Made by a program: the position numbers and the translations under genes. A stretch of 63,009 nt of DNA, the filler included. It is 7 parts of 7 records of this genome, joined end to end, with 100 filler letters (N's around TTAATTAATTAA, not from the genome) between each part and the next. Parts side by side here need not be neighbours in the genome. Positions count along the whole stretch, not along the records: positions 46,865 to 57,512 come from SRR31156797_23523; positions 57,613 to 63,009 come from SRR31156797_23539; 5 more parts are not named here. One strand, written 5' to 3'. Below are positions 51,784-59,282 of the stretch, piece by piece (position 1 is the first letter of the stretch; each line of letters starts with the position of its first letter). The notes beneath the pieces were generated by a model, which was not told where the DNA came from, ran no database searches, and saw only the letters and a program-made list of their open reading frames with translations.

Positions 51784-53436
51784 TTAGTAGTGCAGGATAT
51801 CTTCCGGCAGAATGAAATTGTTCCATTTTCCGCTGTATCGGTTCATTTTTTCCAGTAAGAACATGGAACGGTTGAACATTTCCTTGGCAAATGCGTAGTT
51901 GAATTCAAAACGGGTGGATGTGTAGAAAGAACGGGCCAGAGCCAGTGCCATCCGGGCCTGCCATGTTTCGTCGTTGTTCTCCTGAGCAAATTCTTCCGTA
52001 AAGCTGTACATACGGGAAATTACGGCATTAATTTTGTCTCTGATGGGTCGCTCAAAGACCGGCATACGGAAACCGGAAACAAGGAAGACCGAAAGGTCTT
52101 GAATGTAGTCAAAATCTCGGGAGCGATGCAGGTCGATGAATCTGACCCTTTCGTCCTCATTGCTGTAAACAACATTGTTGCAGTTGAAATCGCCGTGGAT
52201 AAATACGGTGAATGGGGCTGGAAGAGATTTTTCAATGGCTGCGCATTCACGGAGCAGGTCTTCGGAGGAAATGATTTCATCATTTCCCATTTGATGGTCA
52301 TTGCGGCGGAATTCAGGATGAACCTGTAACACGCCGCTCTGGCGGGATTTGAGTTGGTCCATGAAGGTGGTCGGAGTGGGGCCGTCCTTTTGGGTGCTGG
52401 TCCATACGTGGCGCAGGGTCTGTTCAAGGGTGAACAGGGCGTTTTCAAGGTCTGCGTCATCAGAGGTCAGTATCATGGTATCAAGGGTGCATCCGGGCAG
52501 GAATTCGACTAGCATGGAACCCTTGTTCTCGTCTTTGCTTTCGTGGAATCCGAAGATTTCCGGAACCATGCCCGGAAAGCGCTTATTCCATTGTTCGAGG
52601 CTGGTACGTTCCAGTCTGATCTTGTCGAGGTTACCTTCCTTATAAATACTTCCCTGAGCCACCGGAGGCGCCTGCTCTTTGTCCTTGGTCTGGACATGGC
52701 CGATGCGGCATCCTGAACGGGAACCCCAGATACCTTGAAAGTCGATGTCCGAGAAGGATCCGTCATACCCGGAAACACTCAAGGTTTGTTGCAGGGATTC
52801 AAACTGTTCAATTTTAATGCGCTCGCCGAGGATGGAAAAAATGATTGCTTCCCCGATATTGAGCAGGGAGTCACCGATTCTTTCCAGATAGCGGAAGATA
52901 AAGAGGCAGGTTACGCGGTCGGGAATGTTCTTCCCACTGCCCATTTCAGCCATAATCCGGTTGAAATTGTCTTTGTATAATGAATCCAGTCTGTTCTCGG
53001 ATTTGCAGATTTCAAGGGCCAGAGGCATATCTTCCGAGCTGAATCCTCCTGCAATTTTTGCGGTGCTCTCTTCAATAATATCAAAGGCTTCAGCGCATTC
53101 GTAGCGGTTAACGCAACCTTTGTCCTCAAGGTAGGCCATCTGGTTGACAATGTTGACGCAATGATCGCCGATACGCTCCAGATTGACCGAGGAAAGCTGA
53201 ATGGCCCTGATCTTGTTCAGCAGTTTGGGATCAAGATCAATGGAACTGTTGATGCGGGAGTATGACTTGTTTTCGATAACAGTCTTCAGGTTATCGATGT
53301 AGTCGTCGCGCGAGGTTATTTTGCGAAACAGGGACCGGGAGGGCGAAGCCACGAATTCCCGGGTAGCCTTAAGTTGATTCAATACCTCGAGGATGAGGAA
53401 TTTGAAGTTCTCATCCAACCCTTCAAATGTGAGCAT
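51784..53436 (-). CDS. PhoU domain fused to an aminoglycoside/choline kinase-like phosphotransferase
   Basis: PhoU repeats DDYID..LERIGDH and ENRLD..LERIGDS; kinase motifs IYKEG, VEFLPG, HGDFNCNN, FIDL. Confidence 0.9.
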   Translation of the reverse strand: MLTFEGLDENFKFLILEVLNQLKATREFVASPSRSLFRKITSRDDYIDNLKTVIENKSYSRINSSIDLDPKLLNKIRAIQLSSVNLERIGDHCVNIVNQMAYLEDKGCVNRYECAEAFDIIEESTAKIAGGFSSEDMPLALEICKSENRLDSLYKDNFNRIMAEMGSGKNIPDRVTCLFIFRYLERIGDSLLNIGEAIIFSILGERIKIEQFESLQQTLSVSGYDGSFSDIDFQGIWGSRSGCRIGHVQTKDKEQAPPVAQGSIYKEGNLDKIRLERTSLEQWNKRFPGMVPEIFGFHESKDENKGSMLVEFLPGCTLDTMILTSDDADLENALFTLEQTLRHVWTSTQKDGPTPTTFMDQLKSRQSGVLQVHPEFRRNDHQMGNDEIISSEDLLRECAAIEKSLPAPFTVFIHGDFNCNNVVYSNEDERVRFIDLHRSRDFDYIQDLSVFLVSGFRMPVFERPIRDKINAVISRMYSFTEEFAQENNDETWQARMALALARSFYTSTRFEFNYAFAKEMFNRSMFLLEKMNRYSGKWNNFILPEDILHY

Positions 53437-53471
53437 AATATTAGTGTCGATGTTTAGGGTTTTGTTGCTTA

Positions 53472-54614
53472 CTAGCCGGCCATGCGGGCTTTGTATTCTT
53501 CAATTACCGAGTGACGGTCAATCCCGGCCACGATAAGTTTTTTCCTGATGTTCAGGTCATCCCATGCGGGTTGCAGGCCGATTTCCCGGGCTGCTTTGGC
53601 AGGGTCCTGAGTATCCAGCGGTTTGGTCTTTTCACTCATATGGCAATCATCGCCCATGAAGATGAGCAATTCTTTGCTTCCGGCAGGGCGGGAAGCGTTC
53701 TGTTCGTTGACCACAGAAATAAGGAAATCGGTATAGCGCTGTGATTGCGGGTTCCAGACCTCAATGCCGTCTACATCGTATTTGGCCAGTAGAATGGGCC
53801 AGAACTCTTCCGGGTGCGGGATAACTACGCAGCCGCCAAGGGAGCGTGCTTCTTCGATTACCTCAGTGGCCCGGTAGAAGAATTTCAGGGAGAAGTCGGC
53901 TTTGACCAGCTTTTTTACCTGCTTGAGATAGGCTTGGATGCGGTTGATCAGGTTGTCTCCGTACTTGGGGCGCATGGCATCAAAGTAATTGCCCAGCAGT
54001 TTATTCTTGATAGAATCCTTGGGCACAGTGGACCATTCTGCATCAAGCATAGTCTGGATTTTGGTCACGTATACCCGGACCATTTCCACAAGCTCTGCAT
54101 CCGCACCGGTGGCTTTGGCTGCTTTTTCCACTCGTTCTTCCATGGGTTTGGTAATGGAGTCCATGTATTCGAAAAGTTGGGAGGAGCGGTACTTGAAAGT
54201 GTGGGCCAGCATGGATTTCAGCACATGTGCTTTTTCAACCTTATCATTCTCAAAGTGGAGCAGGAGCTGTACTTTCTGGTTGAAGCCGCTGGCGTAGCAG
54301 TCCACTTCAACTCCGGTGTAATCCCCGTAACTCATGAGCACGTTGTGTTGGGTGGGGATCATCAGTTTATCATTCACATTGGGGAACATTTTTTTCACGC
54401 GCTGGCTGATATGCGGCAAAGGCACGAATTCCGGATGCCAGTGCACGGCCAGCAGGTGTTCCTGTCGGGCATGGATTTTTGTGGGCGTAACCACCTGTTC
54501 GATCTGCCAGTCGGCAAGCTCTGTAGATATTACGTCGTGGAACCGCTCCCGGTCCTCATCAGTTATTTCAGGGGAAACTTTTACTGCCGCGGGGCAGGAT
54601 GCTGCTGCGTTCAT
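53472..54614 (-). CDS. Divergent PHP-family metallophosphoesterase-like protein (GAK-associated)
   Basis: VHWH, PTQHN, GVEVD, VIPHP, DGIEVWN, GDDCH occur in PHP motif order. Confidence 0.72.
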   Translation of the reverse strand: MNAAASCPAAVKVSPEITDEDRERFHDVISTELADWQIEQVVTPTKIHARQEHLLAVHWHPEFVPLPHISQRVKKMFPNVNDKLMIPTQHNVLMSYGDYTGVEVDCYASGFNQKVQLLLHFENDKVEKAHVLKSMLAHTFKYRSSQLFEYMDSITKPMEERVEKAAKATGADAELVEMVRVYVTKIQTMLDAEWSTVPKDSIKNKLLGNYFDAMRPKYGDNLINRIQAYLKQVKKLVKADFSLKFFYRATEVIEEARSLGGCVVIPHPEEFWPILLAKYDVDGIEVWNPQSQRYTDFLISVVNEQNASRPAGSKELLIFMGDDCHMSEKTKPLDTQDPAKAAREIGLQPAWDDLNIRKKLIVAGIDRHSVIEEYKARMAG

Positions 54615-54623
54615 TCTATCCTC

Positions 54624-55184
54624 TTATTTGTACCGCGAATGGCAGTGGGCGGTAATGCTGTTGATTTCGTCGCAGGCTTTGTGGGCGGTTTCAACATCTG
54701 AATCATTGCAGGCCTGCTGGAATTTTTCGCAGGCGGCTATGAATTCGTCATAATATTCATCGCCATAGCCTTCAAAACTGACCATAAGTCGTGAATCTGC
54801 CATGAATTCTTCCACTACTTCAGGCGGTGGGAGAGTTCCCGCATGTACGGATTTAAAAATAATTTTAAAGGACGCTTTCATCCCTTTTTTGAGATTTTTG
54901 TATTTAGGTTTGTCGCTGCTGCTTTGTTCGTCTGGCGAGACAAATTCTGCTTCAGACCTTTCTTCCTTGTCTAGGGACGTGGGCATGGGTTTGGCCGTGA
55001 CTTTTACAGCGGTGTGGCCGTATTCATTGCGGATATTGATTTTCAGCTTTTTGAAACCCTCAATCATTACAAGATAAGCGTCATCTTCTGAGGCTCCACC
55101 TTCAAGGGCGTCCGCTATTTTACGCAGGAATGCCGGGAGTTCTCCTGGCTGTATATATGTTTCAATTTTGCTTTTTTTTGCCAT
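54624..55184 (-). CDS. GAK system XXXCH-domain protein
   Basis: C-terminal TAHCHSRYK; helical bundle starting YKNLKKGMK; no signal peptide. Confidence 0.88.
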   Translation of the reverse strand: MAKKSKIETYIQPGELPAFLRKIADALEGGASEDDAYLVMIEGFKKLKINIRNEYGHTAVKVTAKPMPTSLDKEERSEAEFVSPDEQSSSDKPKYKNLKKGMKASFKIIFKSVHAGTLPPPEVVEEFMADSRLMVSFEGYGDEYYDEFIAACEKFQQACNDSDVETAHKACDEINSITAHCHSRYK

Positions 55185-55251
55185 CCCTTTCTCCTGATCT
55201 GCAAGATTGTCATGGGAATTTATTAAGCTGGAAGCTCAGATCGATAGCTGA

Positions 55252-55296
55252 GTTTTACTGTGTAAGTATCGCGAAACTATTACAAGTTTGCAACGT
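55252..55296 (-). promoter_or_regulatory. Candidate Pho-box-like 11-bp direct repeats upstream of the GAK operon
   Basis: Minus strand ACGTTGC-AAAC-TTGTAAT-AGTT-TCGCGAT-N10-TAAAAC. Confidence 0.35.
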
Positions 55297-55333
55297 TAAG
55301 ATTTAATTATAACCCGATCAGAGCTGGAAACGC

Positions 55334-55370
55334 AAAAGCCCGCTAACATTGTGACATGTTAGCGGGCCTT
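55334..55370 (-). terminator. Intrinsic terminator separating the HD gene from the GAK operon
   Basis: GCCCGCTAACAT/ATGTTAGCGGGC 12-bp stem with a minus-strand U-run. Confidence 0.85.
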
Positions 55371-55395
55371 ATCTTGTTCATATCGTGGGCGAATC

Positions 55396-55920
55396 TTAGT
55401 CTTCTGCAATGGCAAGTTCTTCAAGGTTTTTGCCTGTTTCCTGTTCAATGGCAGTCTTGATGCGCAAGGCAACTTCCTTGGATTGTTTCAGTTTTGCCAG
55501 CAACTGTTCATCGGCACAGGATTCAATTTTATGGTCAAACATATAGACAACAGTGACCATCTGGTCGCCTTTGACCAGTTTGTCGGCAATAAAGACGATT
55601 TCTTGCTCAGTAACCGGAAGGTCACCGGAATATTCCAGTTCATTATGGGCAGCCACAATGTCCGCCACTTCGTCATAGCCGTTCTCACGCACAATTGCAG
55701 CCCCGGCTGCAGCATGGTCCGGCTGGCCCTTGGCAATGTCATGCAGCAGGGCAGCAGCTGTAATCAGGGCCATGTTCGGGCCTCTATCGCGCAGCCATTT
55801 AAGGTCGCGCCCGATGCGGCGAGCGACATCGCGCACAATTCGAGAGTGGATAATGCTCGCTTCCGGTGTGTTGTTGGAGGCGAGGAGTTTTTCGCATTGT
55901 TCTGGGGTTGGGATGGGCAT
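55396..55920 (-). CDS. HD-domain phosphohydrolase
   Basis: IIHSRIV, ALLHDIAK, HAAAGA, AHN, IADK. Confidence 0.9.
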   Translation of the reverse strand: MPIPTPEQCEKLLASNNTPEASIIHSRIVRDVARRIGRDLKWLRDRGPNMALITAAALLHDIAKGQPDHAAAGAAIVRENGYDEVADIVAAHNELEYSGDLPVTEQEIVFIADKLVKGDQMVTVVYMFDHKIESCADEQLLAKLKQSKEVALRIKTAIEQETGKNLEELAIAED

Positions 55921-56018
55921 GGAGTTTATCTTCCTTACATATAAAGTAAATTGTAATTATGAGATGGATTGTGATTTCAATATTGGAGTTATTCTAATCA
56001 AAAAATGATCAGAATAAA

Positions 56019-56906
56019 CTATTCATCCACCCGCCCCTTATAAAACTCAATAAAATTCCTCACCAGCGGAGTCATGCGTTCGGGATTCCAGATCATACCG
56101 ATTTCGAAGGGGTGCAGTTCTATTTCTAAAGGTTTGAGGGCGATGCCGTCGGGGATGGTTCCGGCGGAATCGCTGCTGATTATGGTCCAGCCCAGTCCGG
56201 CGGCTACAAAGACGTTTCCGGTATGCTTGCGCTCGTATTGCATGCCTATTTTAAGATCAAGGTCCCTTTCGCCGAATATCCGTTGCATTTCATTTACGCG
56301 CATGCGGCAATAGGAATCGGTGCTGCATATATAGGGTAGTTCCGATACATCTTTCAGGGTCAGCACATCCTTCTGGGCAAGGGGATGGCTGGCTGGGATA
56401 GCTGCACATGAAGTGGCCCTGTGTACGACCATGCTTTCAAGACCTTGAAGATCAACCAGCTTCATGGTCACAAAGCCCACGTGGCGAGTTCCTTCCTTTA
56501 CTGCATTGACCTGAAAGTAGGTGTTTTCATCATGCATGCTGACATCAACGTCCGGGTAATCCTTGATGAAATCGCCTACTATCTCCGGGAATGCCGATGA
56601 CAATGCCAGATAGATGAAGCTTACTTTCAGCTTACCTGCAGTGCCGTCACCCATGGCTTGGAGCGTTGTTTTTGAGCGAGCCATGATAGCCAGCATTTCT
56701 TTGGCTTCCTGTAGGAAATATCTGCCCTCGTCGGTCAGTTCCACTTTGCGGTTGGTGCGTTTGAAAAGCTCGACCTCAAGTTCTTCTTCAAGCTTTTGAA
56801 TTTGTCTGCTTAGAGGCGGTTGCTGGATATGGAGCCTTTCTGCTGCCTTTCCGAAATGGAGCTCTTCAGCAACAGCTTGAAAATAGCGAAGTTGACGCAT
56901 GCGCAT
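56019..56906 (-). CDS. LysR family transcriptional regulator
   Basis: LRYFQAVAEELHFGKAAERLHIQQPPLSRQIQKLEEEL HTH. Confidence 0.96.
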   Translation of the reverse strand: MRMRQLRYFQAVAEELHFGKAAERLHIQQPPLSRQIQKLEEELEVELFKRTNRKVELTDEGRYFLQEAKEMLAIMARSKTTLQAMGDGTAGKLKVSFIYLALSSAFPEIVGDFIKDYPDVDVSMHDENTYFQVNAVKEGTRHVGFVTMKLVDLQGLESMVVHRATSCAAIPASHPLAQKDVLTLKDVSELPYICSTDSYCRMRVNEMQRIFGERDLDLKIGMQYERKHTGNVFVAAGLGWTIISSDSAGTIPDGIALKPLEIELHPFEIGMIWNPERMTPLVRNFIEFYKGRVDE

Positions 56907-57004
56907 AATGATACCTTTTTGGTCTCAAAAAACAGTTAAATGGTATTGGATTGATATTATATGCTGTCGTAAGTTTAATCAAACACAAATTGGAGGTAAT
57001 CACT

Positions 57005-57418
57005 ATGTACGGATTGTATTTTTCAGGTTTTGTGGGCCGGATCGTAATCGCAGCTGTGTTTGTATTGTCCTTTCTGGTCTTGATGGCGCAAACGTCTTCA
57101 GCCGGAATGCTGGTGGCGGAGGGCAAACGCAGCCATTACATCGCCAATCAGGAAGAAGGAATTGTCTATGTGATGTACGGTGATAGCGAGTGGGTTCGTT
57201 TTGCGGACGGATTTGGGTATATCAGCGGTCTTAGCACCGCTCCTGATAATTCGATCTATGTCCTGTCAAAATCGCAGTGCAGGCTGTATCGGGTGGCTGC
57301 AGACGGGAAAGTGCAGATGGTCAGGAAATTAGGTTCGTGTCCGCAGACGATGTTTGTGGATCGGGACGGGGAGGTGAAACTTGTTCAGCGAAATGGAGTT
57401 GTCACGGGCGTTAATTAG
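57005..57418 (+). CDS. Small exported beta-rich hypothetical protein, divergent from LysR
   Basis: GGAGGT RBS before ATG 57005; signal-like N-terminus; propeller-blade-like GLSTAPDNSIYV. Confidence 0.7.
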   Translation: MYGLYFSGFVGRIVIAAVFVLSFLVLMAQTSSAGMLVAEGKRSHYIANQEEGIVYVMYGDSEWVRFADGFGYISGLSTAPDNSIYVLSKSQCRLYRVAADGKVQMVRKLGSCPQTMFVDRDGEVKLVQRNGVVTGVN

Positions 57419-57438
57419 GATTGTCCGGGCTGGAAAAC

Positions 57439-57475
57439 AAAAAAGGATTGAATCTTGCGATTCAATCCTTTTTTT
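57439..57475. terminator. Bidirectional intrinsic terminator
   Basis: AAAAAAGGATTGAATC-ttgc-GATTCAATCCTTTTTT. Confidence 0.9.
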
Positions 57476-57483
57476 ATGAAAAG

Positions 57484-57512
57484 TGGCGTCCCCAAGGGGA
57501 TTTGAACCCCTG
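57484..57512 (-). tRNA. 3' end of a tRNA, probably tRNA-Glu (truncated by contig edge)
   Basis: Minus strand CAGGGGTTCAAATCCCCTTGGGGACGCCA: T-arm, GGGGAC acceptor strand, G discriminator, CCA; anticodon not visible. Confidence 0.8.
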
Positions 57513-57612
57513 NNNNNNNNNNNNNNNNNNNNNNNNNNNNNNNNNNNNNNNNNNNNTTAATTAATTAANNNNNNNNNNNNNNNNNNNNNNNNNNNNNNNN
57601 NNNNNNNNNNNN
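57513..57612. other. Artificial contig spacer
   Basis: N-run with TTAATTAATTAA. Confidence 0.99.
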
Positions 57613-58370
57613 ATTATCTTTTTATCTTTGTCCTGGAACATTCCAACTGCAGGAATTAGAGTTCCACCCCTTTTTACATCATCAATAAGCTTTTTCTTTA
57701 TATCTTCGTAGTGATCTGAAATGATGAAGATCCCTTTGTAGAAAGAGCTTCCATCGAGGGCGATCTCAATTGTTTTTGAAGAGGCGAAGTTAGCAACTAT
57801 CGCATAGATGAGGATTCTGAAAAAATCAGTCTCGGGGTTTGAAAAATAAAGAGCAACAGCTCCAAAAAGAACGATGAGCCCATTGGCATAAAGAAGGACC
57901 TGACCTGTAGGCATTTTCCACTTTTTATGAAAGATCTGACCGATGATGTCAGTTCCTCCGGTTGTTGCTTTAGCCTTAAAGATCATTGCTGCTCCTGATC
58001 CTACAAGAAAACCGCCGATTATGCAGCTTACAAGCATATCATCGCTAAGTTTAATATTTGGCCAGAGGTAGTTCATTCCATCATTAAAAAGTGATAGTAG
58101 TACCATTCCGACAATAGTTTTTGCACCAAATCGCGGACCAAGAACCTTAATGCCAATGATCAGTAGCGGAATGTTTAGAACAATTGCAACAATTCCAGCC
58201 GGAAGTCCAAAAATATGAAAAAGTACCGTTCCTATCCCGAAAACGCCACCGGGAACTATTTTGTGAGGGATAAGAAAGAAATTGTATCCTGCGGCTGCAA
58301 TTAAAGCTCCCTGGGTTATAAAATAGTAGCTTTTAAACCATTCTTTTGAAAATGATCTATCTTTAAACAA
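57613..58370 (-). CDS. YitT family membrane protein, 3'-truncated
   Basis: PGGVFGI, LNIPL, TTGGTDII, KRGGT. Confidence 0.92.
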
Positions 58371-58371
58371 A

Positions 58372-59196
58372 TTATTTCTCCAACTTATTTATAATTGTTT
58401 CACCAATTTTCTCAAAAGCCTTTCCTGCAGGAGTTTTTCCATAAATATGTGAGTAGCATTTTCCGCTGTCACCGCATTCTCCAACCAGAGGTTCTATCGG
58501 TATTTCACCAAGAATTTCAATGTTGTGGTCTTCGGCCATTTTCTTTATGTTGCCGTTTTGGAAAATATATGTTTTTTCCTGGCAGTGAGGACAAACAAAG
58601 TGACTCATATTCACTGCAAGTCCAAGTGTGTTGAAGTTAAGGTTTTTAGCAAAGGAAAGAGACTTCCTCACATCACTAATGGCCACTTCCTGAGGAGTTG
58701 TGACAATAATAGCATTTGTGTCTGCACCTAGAAACTGAGCAACGGTCAGAGGTTCATCACCAGTTCCGGGAGGGCTGTCAATGATGAGGTAGTCAAGTTC
58801 ACCCCAATTCACATCGCTTAGGAACTGTTTTATAGCGGCAACTTTCATCGGTCCTCTCCAAATTATCGGATTGTCCTGAGAATCAAGAACAAGACCGATA
58901 CTTATCGCATGAAAATTTGAAGCTACTTTTACAGGATTCATTCTTCCTGACTCATCAGATGTAAGTTTACTGCCCTCAATTCCAAGAAGTTTCGGCACAC
59001 TTGGCCCATGAAAATCTACGTCCATAACTCCAACGCTCTTCCCCTGCAGAGCAAGATAGTAAGCAAGATTTACAGCAACACTGCTTTTGCCGACGCCACC
59101 TTTTCCTGAAAGCACAACAATAGTGTTCCTGATCTTAGAAAGAGTGTCATTAAACTTCTTTTCTTCCTCTTCGTTTTGAAATAGTGAAAAACTCAT
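58372..59196 (-). CDS. mrp: Mrp/ApbC/NBP35 Fe-S cluster carrier ATPase
   Basis: SGKGGVGKS, IIWRGP, DSPPGTGDE, VTTPQ, CPHC. Confidence 0.95.
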   Translation of the reverse strand: MSFSLFQNEEEEKKFNDTLSKIRNTIVVLSGKGGVGKSSVAVNLAYYLALQGKSVGVMDVDFHGPSVPKLLGIEGSKLTSDESGRMNPVKVASNFHAISIGLVLDSQDNPIIWRGPMKVAAIKQFLSDVNWGELDYLIIDSPPGTGDEPLTVAQFLGADTNAIIVTTPQEVAISDVRKSLSFAKNLNFNTLGLAVNMSHFVCPHCQEKTYIFQNGNIKKMAEDHNIEILGEIPIEPLVGECGDSGKCYSHIYGKTPAGKAFEKIGETIINKLEK

Positions 59197-59282
59197 ATTT
59201 ATCTCCATGAAATAAAAAACATTACGCGACTATCACAATAATCGCATGTTTGGATTTTTCAAGGGGAATTAGATAGATAGTT

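Noticed and set aside
53814-54701. 295-aa plus-strand ORF antisense to GAK genes
   Set aside because: Antisense shadow with no recognisable domain; the minus-strand operon explains the region.
55396-55920. HD protein as a seventh GAK gene
   Set aside because: Separated from the operon by a strong terminator and a separate upstream region.
57484-57512. tRNA 3' end as an integration (att) site
   Set aside because: The truncation coincides with the contig edge; no integrase or duplicate 3' end is visible.
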